This document shows positions 36,735-46,812 of a stretch of 64,000 nucleotides of DNA, piece after piece. The notes under the pieces are model-generated. The model saw only the letters and a program-made list of their open reading frames with translations. It had not been told where the DNA came from and did not search any database. The stretch lies in the NCBI GenBank assembly GCA_035634295.1, contig DASQDG010000038.1, positions 17,209 to 81,208 on the forward strand. The letters run 5' to 3'. This DNA is from Propionibacteriaceae bacterium (lineage in GTDB: Bacteria; Actinomycetota; Actinomycetes; Propionibacteriales; Propionibacteriaceae). Within the stretch, counting starts at the first letter, position 1; every line of letters starts with the position of its first letter. Made by a program: the position numbers and the translations under genes.

Positions 36735-39700
36735 TCACCGGGCGTTGAAGTACTTGGCCTCCGGGTGGTGCACCACCAGCGCGTCGGTCGACTGCTCCGG
36801 GTGCAGCTGCAGCTCCTCGGAGAGCTCCACGCCGATCCGCTCCGGGCGCAGCAGCGCGACCAGCTTGGCCCGGTCCTCGAGCTCGGGACAGGCGGGATAG
36901 CCGAAGGAGTACCGCGAGCCACGGTAGGCCTGGTCGCGGATCATCTCCTCGACGTCGCCGTCCTCGCGCGCGAAGCCGAGATCGGAGCGGATCCGTGAGT
37001 GCCACATCTCCGCCAGGGCCTCGGTCAGCTGGACGCTCAGCCCGTGCAGCTCCAGATAGTCCCGGTAGGCGTTCCTGGCGAACAGCTCACCGGTCACCTT
37101 GGCCACCGCTGAACCCATGGTGACCAGGTGGAACGCGATCACGTCAGGCCCCTTGTCCCGGGCCAGCTCACGGTCGCGGAAGAAGTCGGCCAGGCAGAGG
37201 TAGCGTCCGCGAGTCTGACGCGGGAACGTGAACCGGTGCAGCTCGGCGGCTGGGTCTTCGATGTCGACCGAGGCCGCCCCTGGCCGGAGCACCACCACGT
37301 CGTCGCCGGTGCTGTAGCAGGGCCAGTAGCCGTACACCACCGAGAAGTTGGCGATGGCGTCGGTGTGGATCCGGTCCAGCAGCGCGCGTAGCCGCGGCCG
37401 GCCCTCAGACTCGACCAGATCCTCATAGCTCGGTCCGTTTTTGCTCCCCTTGAGCCCCCACTGCCCCATGAAGGTGGCGCGCTCGTCGAGGTAGGAGGCC
37501 ACCTCGGCCAGCTTGATGCCCTTGACGATCCGGTCCCCCCAGAACGGCGGAGTCGGTACGTCGACGTCGCGGGCCACATCGGAGCGGGCGGGCAGCGCGA
37601 CCGGCTCCTCGACCACCACTGGGGCCGGCTTGAGCTTGACCCGGCGCTCGCGGGGGGCCGGCAGGGCCGCACCCGTCTCACCCCGCTTGACCGCCATCAC
37701 GGCGTCCATCAGCCGCAGCCCCTCAAAGGCGTCCCGCGCATAGCGCACCTCGCCGGAGAACACCTCCCGCAGGTCCTGCTCCACGTAGGCGCGGGTCAGA
37801 GCGGCCCCGCCGAGAAACACCGGGTAGGTCGGCGCGACCCCACGCGAGTTCATCTCCAGCAGGTTCTCCTTCATCACCACCGTCGACTTCACCAACAGCC
37901 CGGACATGCCGATCGCGTCCGCCGAGTGCTCCTCTGCCGCCTCGATGATGGTGCTGATGGGCTGCTTGATCCCGAGGTTGACCACGGTGTAGCCATTGTT
38001 GGTCAAGATGATGTCGACCAGGTTCTTGCCGATGTCGTGCACGTCGCCCTTGACCGTGGCCAGCACGATGGTTCCCTTGCCCTCGGTGTCGGCCTTTTCC
38101 ATGTGCGGCTCCAGGTGGGCCACCGCGGTCTTCATCACCTCGGCCGACTGCAGCACGAACGGCAGCTGCATCTGGCCGGACCCGAACAGCTCACCAACCA
38201 CCTTCATGCCGTTGAGTAGGTCCTCGTTGATGATGCTCAGCGGCGTCTTGCCGACCGCCATCGCCTCCTCGAGGTCGGCCTCCAGGCCCTTGCCCTCGCC
38301 GTCGATGATGCGCTGCTGCAGGCGCTCCGCCAAAGGCATCGCGGCCAGCTCTGCCGCCCGGGTGGCCTTGGAGTCGGCCGTGGTGACCCCGTCGAACAGC
38401 TCCAGGAACCTCTGCAGGGGGTCATAGGCAGGTTGGTCGTCGGTGGCCGCGCGGCGCCGGTCATAGACCATGTCGAGGGCGACCTCGCGCTGCTCCTCGG
38501 GAATCCGCGCCATGGGTACGATCTTGGCCGCGTGCACGATCGCCGAGTCGAGCCCCGCCTCGGTGCACTCGTGCAGGAAAACCGAGTTCAGCACCACCCG
38601 GGCCGCCGGGTTGAGCCCGAAACTGACGTTGGACAGGCCAAGAGTGGTCTGGACGTCGGGATATAGCTCCTTGACCCGCCGGATCGCCTCGATCGTCTCG
38701 ATGCCGTCGCGTCGGGTCTCCTCCTGACCGGTGGCGATCGGGAAGGTCAGGCAGTCCAGGATGATGTCGGAGGTCCGCATTCCCCAGTTCTGGGTCAGGT
38801 CCTCGACCAGCCTGGTGGCGACGCGCACCTTCCAGTCGGCCGTCCGGGCCTGCCCCTCCTCGTCGATGGTCAGCGCCACCACTGCTGCGCCGTGCTCGGT
38901 CACCAGCGGCATGATCTTGGCGAACCGCGAGCCGGGGCCGTCGCCGTCCTCGTAGTTGACCGAGTTAACCGCGCACCGGCCGGCGAGGCACTCCAGCCCC
39001 GCCTGCAGCACCGCAGGCTCAGTCGAGTCGAGCATGATCGGCAGCGTGGAGGCGGTGGCAAACCGCGACGCGATCTCGCGCATGTCGGACGCGCCGTCGC
39101 GACCGACGTAGTCGACGTTGAGGTCGAGCAGATGCGCGCCGTCGCGGATCTGGGCGCGGGCGATGTCGACGCACTCGTCCCAGTTCTCGGCCAGCATCAC
39201 GTCGCGGAAGGCGCGAGAGCCGTTGGCGTTGGTGCGCTCGCCGATGGACAGGTAGCTGGCGTCCTGGCGGAACGGCACCTCGGCGTACAGGGAGGCCACG
39301 CCGGCGGTCTCGGCCGGGCGGCGGGCACGTACCTCGCGGCCGTGAAGTCGATCGACCACCTGGCGCAGATGCTCTGGGGTGGTGCCGCAACAGCCGCCGA
39401 TCAGGCCGAGGCCGAACTCGCCGACGAACTGCTCGAGTGCGTCGGCCAGCTCGCCCGGCGTCAGCGGGTACGCAGCGCCGTCGGAGGTCAGTTGCGGCAG
39501 GCCGGCGTTGGGCATGCAGCCGACGCCGATGCTGGCGTACCGCGACAGGTGGCGCAGGTGCTCGCTCATCTCGGCTGGACCGGTCGCGCAGTTCAGTCCG
39601 ATCACGTCGATACCGAGCGGCTCCAGCGAGGTCAGGGCGGCGCCGATCTCGGTGCCCAGCAGCATCGTGCCGGTGGTCTCCACGGTGACGTTGACGATCA

Positions 39701-40256
39701 CCGGGACGTCGGCGCCGCCGGCCCTGATGGCCCGTTTGGCGCCGATCGCTGCCGCCTTGGCCTGCAGCAGGTCCTGGCTGGTCTCGATCAGCACGGCATC
39801 GATGCCGCCAAGCAGCATCCCCTCAACCTGAGTCTGGTAAGCGTCGCGCAGGGTGGCGAAGGACACGTGCCCGAGCGTGGGCAGCTTCGTTCCCGGACCG
39901 ACACTGCCCAGCACGAATCGAGGGTGGTCGCGCGTGCTGTGTGCGTCGGCCGCCTCTCTGGCGATCGTGGCGGCGGCGTGCGCCAGCTCGTGGATCCGGT
40001 CACCGATGTCGTACTCGTTGAGGGCGGCGAAGTTGGTGCCGAAGGTGTTGGTCTCCACCGCATCGACGCCGACGGAGAAGTAGGCGTCGTGGATTGCGCG
40101 CACCACGTCGGGTCGGGTGACGTTAAGAATCTCGTTGCAGCCTTCCAGCTGCTGGAAGTCCTGCAGGCTCAGGTCATAGCCCTGCAGCATCGTCCCCATG
40201 GCCCCGTCGCCGATCACGACGCGACGCGAAAGCTCGGACCGGAGATCAGCAGGCAC
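36735..40256 (-). CDS. metH: Cobalamin-dependent methionine synthase
   Basis: GDGAMGT, GLNCATG, GGCCG, IGERTNANGS, KGDVHDIGKN, RYSFGYPACP. Confidence 0.97.
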   Translation of the reverse strand: MPADLRSELSRRVVIGDGAMGTMLQGYDLSLQDFQQLEGCNEILNVTRPDVVRAIHDAYFSVGVDAVETNTFGTNFAALNEYDIGDRIHELAHAAATIAREAADAHSTRDHPRFVLGSVGPGTKLPTLGHVSFATLRDAYQTQVEGMLLGGIDAVLIETSQDLLQAKAAAIGAKRAIRAGGADVPVIVNVTVETTGTMLLGTEIGAALTSLEPLGIDVIGLNCATGPAEMSEHLRHLSRYASIGVGCMPNAGLPQLTSDGAAYPLTPGELADALEQFVGEFGLGLIGGCCGTTPEHLRQVVDRLHGREVRARRPAETAGVASLYAEVPFRQDASYLSIGERTNANGSRAFRDVMLAENWDECVDIARAQIRDGAHLLDLNVDYVGRDGASDMREIASRFATASTLPIMLDSTEPAVLQAGLECLAGRCAVNSVNYEDGDGPGSRFAKIMPLVTEHGAAVVALTIDEEGQARTADWKVRVATRLVEDLTQNWGMRTSDIILDCLTFPIATGQEETRRDGIETIEAIRRVKELYPDVQTTLGLSNVSFGLNPAARVVLNSVFLHECTEAGLDSAIVHAAKIVPMARIPEEQREVALDMVYDRRRAATDDQPAYDPLQRFLELFDGVTTADSKATRAAELAAMPLAERLQQRIIDGEGKGLEADLEEAMAVGKTPLSIINEDLLNGMKVVGELFGSGQMQLPFVLQSAEVMKTAVAHLEPHMEKADTEGKGTIVLATVKGDVHDIGKNLVDIILTNNGYTVVNLGIKQPISTIIEAAEEHSADAIGMSGLLVKSTVVMKENLLEMNSRGVAPTYPVFLGGAALTRAYVEQDLREVFSGEVRYARDAFEGLRLMDAVMAVKRGETGAALPAPRERRVKLKPAPVVVEEPVALPARSDVARDVDVPTPPFWGDRIVKGIKLAEVASYLDERATFMGQWGLKGSKNGPSYEDLVESEGRPRLRALLDRIHTDAIANFSVVYGYWPCYSTGDDVVVLRPGAASVDIEDPAAELHRFTFPRQTRGRYLCLADFFRDRELARDKGPDVIAFHLVTMGSAVAKVTGELFARNAYRDYLELHGLSVQLTEALAEMWHSRIRSDLGFAREDGDVEEMIRDQAYRGSRYSFGYPACPELEDRAKLVALLRPERIGVELSEELQLHPEQSTDALVVHHPEAKYFNAR

Positions 40257-40369
40257 GCTGCGAGAATAGTCCGGGCAGCACCCTCCGCTCGGGCATAACC
40301 ACGATGTGACGCGCTGTGCTCCCAGGGCGGCAGCGAGGCGGGGAGGCGCCAGCAGTCTAAAGTTGCGGT

Positions 40370-41218
40370 ATGGAGGACTCAGCCAACCCTGGCCTGCGCG
40401 GGCTGCATGACCCGGTGGTCATCGTCGCGTTCGGGGGATGGAACGACGCCGGGACGGCTGCCTCGTCCACCGTGGAGCACCTGAGCGAGTGCTACGACGC
40501 GGAGCTGGCGTTCGCGATCGACCCTGACGACTTCTACGACTTTCAGGTCAACCGGCCCCAGGTCAGCACCAGCGACTCAGACGAGCGGGTGATCGCCTGG
40601 CCGACCACCGAGATCAGGGTGGGCCGGTTGCCGAGCGGCCGTGACCTGGTCTTGATCTCGGGGCTGGAGCCGAACTTGAGGTGGCGGCAGTTCAGCGCCC
40701 TGATCAGCTCGGCGCTCAAGTCGTCGGGGGCGAGCAGGGTCTTCATGCTGGGGGCGTTGCTGGCCGACACCCCACACACGCGACCTATTCCGGTATCGGT
40801 GACCACCACCGACGCGTCTCTGGCCGAGGAGTTCTCCTTGCCGCAGTCGACCTATGAGGGCCCGACCGGAATTGTGGGGGTGCTCGGCGAAGCGCTGTCC
40901 GGCGGCGGCATGCGAGTGCTCACCTTGTGGGCCGCTATCCCTCACTACGTCTCCCACCCACCGTGCCCCAAGGCGACGCTGGCACTGCTGTCGCAGTTGG
41001 AGGAGCTGCTCGACTCTCCCCTGGCTCTGGGCGACCTGCCGGAGCTGGCCCGGGCCTGGGAACGTGGGGTCGACGAGCTGGCGGCCGAGGACACCGAGGT
41101 TGCGGAGTACGTCACGTCGCTGGAGCAGCAGCAGGATGCGACGGAGCTGCCCGAAGCGAGTGGCGACGCCATCGCTGCCGAGTTCGAGCGCTATCTGCGG
41201 CGGCGCTCCGACGGGTGA
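40370..41218 (+). CDS. PAC2 (proteasome assembly chaperone) family protein
   Basis: AFGGWNDAG, DPDDFYDFQVNRP, EPNLRW, YEGPTGIVG, WAAIPHYV. Confidence 0.9.
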   Translation: MEDSANPGLRGLHDPVVIVAFGGWNDAGTAASSTVEHLSECYDAELAFAIDPDDFYDFQVNRPQVSTSDSDERVIAWPTTEIRVGRLPSGRDLVLISGLEPNLRWRQFSALISSALKSSGASRVFMLGALLADTPHTRPIPVSVTTTDASLAEEFSLPQSTYEGPTGIVGVLGEALSGGGMRVLTLWAAIPHYVSHPPCPKATLALLSQLEELLDSPLALGDLPELARAWERGVDELAAEDTEVAEYVTSLEQQQDATELPEASGDAIAAEFERYLRRRSDG

Positions 41219-41237
41219 TCTGGTCTGGGCTGTCGCT

Positions 41238-41355
41238 GGGCGGGGGCGGTCAGGAGTACGCGCGTCGCAACCATCCGCCCTCGCTCCGCTGGCGCTCCAC
41301 TCGGGCTCCCGCCAGGCCCGTCCACGCTCCGCGCGTACTCCTAACCGCCCTGCCC
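41238..41355. repeat. Structured intergenic palindromic element, family 1, copy B (inverted relative to copy A)
   Basis: Imperfect outer inverted repeat 41238-41264/41330-41355; cores 41302-41329 and 41264-41280 match reverse complements of 776-803 and 843-859. Confidence 0.85.
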
Positions 41356-41386
41356 AACGACGCTTCTGCTCCCCGTTGGGCTACGG

Positions 41387-41453
41387 CGCTGCGCCCGCTC
41401 GTTCACATTGCGCCATCTGCTCCCACCTTGCGGCCGATGCAGCGGGCGCAGCG
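41387..41453. repeat. Second palindromic element between PAC2 and rpe
   Basis: 13-bp perfect inverted repeat cgctgcgcccgct / agcgggcgcagcg. Confidence 0.7.
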
Positions 41454-41486
41454 TGGGGTAACAGCCGCAACGTGGCCGGCTGGCGA

Positions 41487-42140
41487 CTAGGTGTTGGCCA
41501 GGGCGCGGAGGGTGCGGACGGCGGAGTCGGGGTCGGCGGCGGAGAAGACGGCGGAGCCGGCGACGAAGGAGTCGGCGCCGGCTTCGGCGCAGCGTTCGAT
41601 GGTGTCGGCGGAGACGCCGCCGTCGATCTGGAGCCAGATGTCGCCGCCGACGGAGTCGAGGAGCTTCCTCGTACGGGCGATCTTGGGCAGGCACAGGTCG
41701 AGGAACTGCTGGCCGCCGAAGCCTGGTTCCACCGTCATGATGAGCACCATGTCGAGCTCGGGCAACAGGTCGGCGTAGCCCTCGATGGCGGTCGCCGGCT
41801 TCAGCGCCATCCCGGCGCGGGCGCCCTGGCTGCGGAGCTCGCGGGCCAGCCGTACGGGAGCGGCCGCAGCCTCGACGTGGAAGGTGACCGACTCGGCGCC
41901 CGCTTCGGCATAGGCCGGAGCCCAGCGGTCGGGGGCCTCGATCATCAGATGGATGTCGAGCATGGCGTCGGTCACCTTGCGGATCGACTCGACCACGGGC
42001 AGCCCCAGGGTCAAGTTGGGGACGAAGTGCTGGTCCATCACGTCGATGTGCAGGGCGTCCGCACTCGGCACCGACTCGATCGCGCTCTGCAGGTTGGCGA
42101 AGTCCGCCGCGAGGATGCTGGGCATGATCCTGGGAGCCAC
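41487..42140 (-). CDS. rpe: Ribulose-phosphate 3-epimerase
   Basis: [42 protein letters not shown]; TACACT -10 box before GTG 42140. Confidence 0.96.
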   Translation of the reverse strand: MAPRIMPSILAADFANLQSAIESVPSADALHIDVMDQHFVPNLTLGLPVVESIRKVTDAMLDIHLMIEAPDRWAPAYAEAGAESVTFHVEAAAAPVRLARELRSQGARAGMALKPATAIEGYADLLPELDMVLIMTVEPGFGGQQFLDLCLPKIARTRKLLDSVGGDIWLQIDGGVSADTIERCAEAGADSFVAGSAVFSAADPDSAVRTLRALANT

Positions 42141-42157
42141 GCGCCGAAGTGTAGCGA

Positions 42158-43498
42158 CTAGCGCTTGCGCAGATATGCGGCGAACATCGCGTCCGTGCCG
42201 TGGCGATGGGGCCACAGCTGGAGGAAGGGGCCACGACCGGCGCCGGTCAGCTCGGGCAGCAGCTCCTGGGCGTCCTCAACGTCCAGGTCGGTCCTGGTCG
42301 CCAGCACCTCCTGCACCACGTCTGTGGTCTCGCGAACGTGCGGGGAGCACGTGACGTAAGCCACGACTCCGCCCGGTGCGGCCGCGTCAAGGGCGGTCTG
42401 CAGCAGGCCGCGCTGCAGCTGGTGCATGTCCTCGACATCGGCGGGGGTACGGCGCCAGCGCGACTCGGGACGGCGGCGAAGCGCCCCCAGCCCTGAGCAC
42501 GGGGCGTCCACCAGCACCCGGGTGAACCGACCGGGTTGCCAGGAGGGGCGGGTGCCGTCCGAGATGACCAGGGCCGGACGGCCGGCAGGCGGGTAGGCAC
42601 GGACCGCGCCAGCGACCAGCTGAGCCCGGTGGGGGCTGATCTCGTTGGCCAGCAGCCGGCTCCCCTGCTGGGCGGCCAGGCCGGCCAGCAGCGACGTCTT
42701 CCCGCCCGGGCCGGCGCACAGGTCCAACCACCAGCCGGGCTTGACCGAGGCCCGGGCGAGTCCCCAGGCAGCCAGCTGTGAGCCCTCGTCCTGGACGCCG
42801 GCGCGGCCGGTCCGCACCGCTGGCAGCTCGCCCGGGTTGCCGGACCAGGAGACGGCGAAGGGCGACTGCCGTCCGGGTGTGGCACCGGCGGCGACGAGCT
42901 CCTCGGTCTCGGCCAGTCCCGGACGTACGGCCAACGACACCGCTGGGCCGGCATTGTCGGCCGCTAGAGCGGCGGGCAGCTCCTCGGCCGGCAGCAGCGC
43001 GGCGAACGCCTGGACGATCCAGGCGGGATGCGCGAACCGGACGGCCAGGGCGGCGAGTCGGTCCTGGCCGTCGGTCAGCTCATCCACCCAGGCGTCGTAG
43101 TCGCGCGTGGCGACGCGGCGGAGAACCGCATTGGTGAGACCGGCGACGCGCTCTCCCACCGCCGAGGCGGCCAGGTTGACCGTCGCGGCAACGGCCGCGT
43201 GCTGCGGCACCCGCATTGCGAGCAGCTGGTGCGCGCCGAGTCGGAGCACGTCGAGCACCGCCGGCTGCAGTGAGCTCAGCGGGCGTCCCGAGGCAGCCGC
43301 GATGATCTGGTCGTAGGTGGCCTCCATCCGACACGTTCCCGAGGCCAGCTCGGTGGCGAATGCGGCGTCTCGGCTGTCGAGGCGCCGGTCGCTGAGCAAC
43401 TTGGCCAGGATGAGGTTTGCGTAGGCGCCGTCGGCGTGCACAGCCCGCAGGGCGTCGTAAGCCACCCGCCGGGCCCGATCGGGCGGTCGCGGACTCAC
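42158..43498 (-). CDS. rsmB: 16S rRNA m5C methyltransferase RsmB/Sun (NusB-like N-terminus)
   Basis: [23 protein letters not shown]. Confidence 0.92.
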   Translation of the reverse strand: MSPRPPDRARRVAYDALRAVHADGAYANLILAKLLSDRRLDSRDAAFATELASGTCRMEATYDQIIAAASGRPLSSLQPAVLDVLRLGAHQLLAMRVPQHAAVAATVNLAASAVGERVAGLTNAVLRRVATRDYDAWVDELTDGQDRLAALAVRFAHPAWIVQAFAALLPAEELPAALAADNAGPAVSLAVRPGLAETEELVAAGATPGRQSPFAVSWSGNPGELPAVRTGRAGVQDEGSQLAAWGLARASVKPGWWLDLCAGPGGKTSLLAGLAAQQGSRLLANEISPHRAQLVAGAVRAYPPAGRPALVISDGTRPSWQPGRFTRVLVDAPCSGLGALRRRPESRWRRTPADVEDMHQLQRGLLQTALDAAAPGGVVAYVTCSPHVRETTDVVQEVLATRTDLDVEDAQELLPELTGAGRGPFLQLWPHRHGTDAMFAAYLRKR

Positions 43499-44418
43499 CG
43501 GCCGAGCAGGTCGGCGGCGGAGAAGGTGATGCCGCGGGCCCAGTCGGGTGCCGGCATCGGCTTCTTGCCCTGGGCCTGCACCTCGAGGAGCTCCAGAGCG
43601 ACGGTGCCCGTGCCGACCCGTACCCGGCGCTTGCTGACCTCCAGGGTGCCGGGCGGCAGCGCCTGCTCGGTGACTGTGGTTGCCATCACCTTGAGCCGGT
43701 CGCCGCGGAAGATGGTCCAGGCGCCGGGCGCTGGGGTGCAGGCTCGGACCCGGCGGTCGACGGCCTCTGCGGGCTCGGTCCAGTCGAGCCGCGCCTCGTC
43801 GACGGTGAGCTTGGGTGCGAAGGTCACGCCGAGCGTGGGCTGTGGACGGGGCTTCAGGGTGCCGGCGGCGATGCCGTCGAGGGTCTCGACAAGCAGGCGC
43901 GCCCCGGAGCCGGCCAACCGTCCCAGCAGGTCGCCTGAAGTGTCGTTGGGTCCGATGGTGTCGGTGACCGTGCCATACACGGGGCCGGCGTCAAGCTCGG
44001 CGACCAGGCCGAAGGTGGTCGCGCCGGTGGTGGTGTCGCCGGCCAGGATGGCGTGCTGCACAGGAGCGGCTCCCCTCCAGGCGGGCAGCAAGGAGAAGTG
44101 CAGGTTGACCCAGCCATGTTGAGGGATGTCGAGCACGCGCTGCGGGATCAGAGCGCCGTAGGCGACGACCGGGCAGCAGTCCGGCGCCAGCTCGGTCAGC
44201 CGCGTCACGAACTCCGGTTCGCGGGGGCGCTGCGGCTGCAGCAGCTCGAGGCCCAGCTCGACCGCTCGAGAAGCCACCGGGCTGGGTCGGGGCGTCCGCC
44301 CACGCCCGCTGGGGGCATCGGGACGCGTGACCACGGCGAGCACCTGATGGTCGGAGGCCAGCAGAGCATCGAGCGACGCCAGCGCAGGCTCGGGGGTCCC
44401 CGCGAAGACGATGCGCAC
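43495..44418 (-). CDS. fmt: Methionyl-tRNA formyltransferase
   Basis: [31 protein letters not shown]. Confidence 0.96.
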   Translation of the reverse strand: MRIVFAGTPEPALASLDALLASDHQVLAVVTRPDAPSGRGRTPRPSPVASRAVELGLELLQPQRPREPEFVTRLTELAPDCCPVVAYGALIPQRVLDIPQHGWVNLHFSLLPAWRGAAPVQHAILAGDTTTGATTFGLVAELDAGPVYGTVTDTIGPNDTSGDLLGRLAGSGARLLVETLDGIAAGTLKPRPQPTLGVTFAPKLTVDEARLDWTEPAEAVDRRVRACTPAPGAWTIFRGDRLKVMATTVTEQALPPGTLEVSKRRVRVGTGTVALELLEVQAQGKKPMPAPDWARGITFSAADLLGR

Positions 44419-44608
44419 CGCAGGAGTCTAGCCAGGAGCCTCATGGGACGCAGTCGAGCGTAATCGTCGTGCGTGCTCGTGGGCGACGTGACCGCAAACG
44501 CACCCGCGTCGGATTCCTGAGCCGATTCTGGAGCTGATGGGCTCGACGCGAGTGAGCAATCGTGCAAAACGGCCTCGATGAGCGGTTCGCTGGGGACGCC
44601 AGCCAGTA

Positions 44609-44767
44609 TCGGAACGTGCGGAAGGGCGCCGCGGTCCTGAAACGTGCGCGGAACTGGGCTGTCGGAACGTGCGGAAGGGCACCGCGGTCCTGAAACGCGC
44701 ACGAACCGGGCCTCGGTCGTGCGGAAGGGCGCCGCGTCCCGAAAACGTGCGGCCGAAACCGGGCCTC
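44609..44767. repeat. Degenerate tandem repeat, three copies of a ~51-53-bp unit
   Basis: Units start at 44609, 44662 and 44713; shared core cgtgcggaagggc(g/a)ccgcg..c(t/c)gaaa. Confidence 0.85.
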
Positions 44768-44769
44768 GC

Positions 44770-46752
44770 TCAGCCGACGGCGACCGGGTCCACGCGGACG
44801 CGCAGCGCGCCCTCGCTCTTGCGGGCACTGCGGATGGCGGAGACCTCTTTGACTGCGCGGACGAGCGCGGCGCCCTGGGCCAGCGGTGCGCGCAGGGTCA
44901 GGCGGTGCAGCACGAGCTCGCTGCGCGGAGGAGCATCGATCTCCACGGGTCCAAGCACCTCGGTGTCCACCGGCAGGTGCGCGAGCTGGGTGAACTCGGT
45001 CAAGGACTCCTCGCGGCCCTCCACCAGCACCATCTTGACCGCTGGCGGAAAGTGCGCATCGGCCCGCTCGGCCAGCTCACGGCGCGCCAGTCCGGACGGG
45101 TCCAGTCGGACTAACGCCTGCAGCGCTCGGCCAGAGCTCTCCCCCGCCGCCACCACCGATCCGCCTTCGTCGCCGCCGCGCACCAGAGCGACGACGTTGA
45201 GCCAGCGCCGCAGGGCCTCCTCGCTGGCTCGCAGATCCGGCCGCAGCAGCAGCAGAGTGGTGTCCAGCAGCACCGCCCCCGCGTAGCCACCCTCGGCCTC
45301 TGGCTCGGCACCGGGCGTGGCCACCACGATGGCCGGTGTCGCGGGCACGGTTTCCAGGACAGCACCGCCCCGGGACTGCCGTACGGGAGTGTGGGGAAAC
45401 GCCTTGCCCAGCTCCTCGGCCGTCCGCACCGCCCCCACGATCGGTGCACGCAGTGACGCGGACTCGCAGATCCGGCACGTCCAGTCCACCTGCAGCCGCC
45501 CGCACCAGGAGCAGCGCGGCGTGGTTTCGGCGTCCCCCGCGGAGACCGGGCCCTCGCAGAAGGTGCACCGCGCCGGCTCGCGACAGCTCTGGCAGACCAG
45601 GGCCAACCGGTAGCCGGCCCGGGGCACCTGCACCAGCACGGGACCCTGCGGCAGCGCCCCGCGCATCAGCTCGAACACCTCTCGCGGCACTCGCGCGGCC
45701 CTGGCCAGGGGGTCGCGGGCGAGTGACAGGTCGGAATCCGCGGTGACCTTGACCCGGGGTGCGGCGTGCCGCAGCTGTCTCTGCTCGGCGGCGAGCTCGG
45801 TCAACCACCCGCGGTCCACCCACGACTGGATCTCCGCCGTCCGGGCGTAGCCGGCGTAGATCGCGCCCGCGCGGGCTTCGGTGGCCCGCAGCGCCAGCAC
45901 CTCGCGGGCGTGCGGATAAGGCGCCCGCGGCTCCGACAGCAGGTCGTCGCCATCGTCGAGCAGCGCGACCAGGCCGAGATCTCGCACCGGGGCGAAGGCC
46001 GCCGCTCGAGTCCCGATGACCACCGAGACGTCTCCCCGCAGCGCGGCCAGGAACGCCCGGTAGCGAGCAGCCGGGCCGAGCTCGGAGCTCAGCACCACGA
46101 AGGCGGCGTGGCCCAGCGTCGCCTCACACGCGGCCTGCAGCCGCTCGAGATCACGCCCGTCGGGCACGATCAGCAGCGACCCCCGACCGCTGCCCAGAGT
46201 GACCTCCGCGGCCGAGGCCAGCCCGGCGGCCCAGTCCCCGGTCGCCTCGGCGGTGGGGATCACCTGCCACGCCGCTCGCGGGCTGCCACCGGCGGCGAGT
46301 GCGGCCAGGTAGCCGGCCCCGGTGGGATAGGCGGGCAACGGGCCTGGGTCGACGCTCTCCGGCATAGAGGTGCGGTGGCCCGTGGGCGCCGCCCTCTCGG
46401 TCGCCGCGTGCCGCGGCGGCACCGCCAGCCGCATGACGTCGGCGAAGCAGCCCGCATAGTGGTCGGCGACCCGTCGGATCACCCGCGCCACCTCCGGCGT
46501 CAGCACCCGTTCCGGCGACAGCACGCTGTGCAGCGGTGTCAACTGACCGTCGTGATCGCTGCCGACCACCCGCTCCAGCAGGAAGCCGTCACGCAGCTTG
46601 CCAGCGAACCGCACGCGCACCCGGACTCCCGGTTGAGCGTCCGCGTCCTGGCTGGGCAGCACCGCATAGTCGAACGGCCGATCCAGGTGGCTCAGCGAGA
46701 CGTCGACGGCCACCCGGGCGATGGGCAGCTCGATCGGGTCCGGCTCAGGCAC
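44770..46752 (-). CDS. priA: Primosomal protein N'
   Basis: HLDRPFDY, RVRVRFAG, four CxxC zinc ligands; position between fmt and metK. Confidence 0.92.
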   Translation of the reverse strand: MPEPDPIELPIARVAVDVSLSHLDRPFDYAVLPSQDADAQPGVRVRVRFAGKLRDGFLLERVVGSDHDGQLTPLHSVLSPERVLTPEVARVIRRVADHYAGCFADVMRLAVPPRHAATERAAPTGHRTSMPESVDPGPLPAYPTGAGYLAALAAGGSPRAAWQVIPTAEATGDWAAGLASAAEVTLGSGRGSLLIVPDGRDLERLQAACEATLGHAAFVVLSSELGPAARYRAFLAALRGDVSVVIGTRAAAFAPVRDLGLVALLDDGDDLLSEPRAPYPHAREVLALRATEARAGAIYAGYARTAEIQSWVDRGWLTELAAEQRQLRHAAPRVKVTADSDLSLARDPLARAARVPREVFELMRGALPQGPVLVQVPRAGYRLALVCQSCREPARCTFCEGPVSAGDAETTPRCSWCGRLQVDWTCRICESASLRAPIVGAVRTAEELGKAFPHTPVRQSRGGAVLETVPATPAIVVATPGAEPEAEGGYAGAVLLDTTLLLLRPDLRASEEALRRWLNVVALVRGGDEGGSVVAAGESSGRALQALVRLDPSGLARRELAERADAHFPPAVKMVLVEGREESLTEFTQLAHLPVDTEVLGPVEIDAPPRSELVLHRLTLRAPLAQGAALVRAVKEVSAIRSARKSEGALRVRVDPVAVG

Positions 46753-46812
46753 ACCCGATGATAGGCAGCAGCCACCGACAGTTCAGTGGGGCCGACGGCC
46801 GTCCGGCTCGAC

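Noticed and set aside
44609-44767. Possible mini CRISPR array
   Set aside because: The would-be spacers are short and similar to each other, the repeats are degenerate, and there are no cas genes; it is a tandem repeat.
44770-46752. PriA lacks a recognisable Walker A helicase motif
   Set aside because: To my knowledge helicase-degenerate PriA is common in Actinobacteria; zinc ligands and the N-terminal domain are intact.
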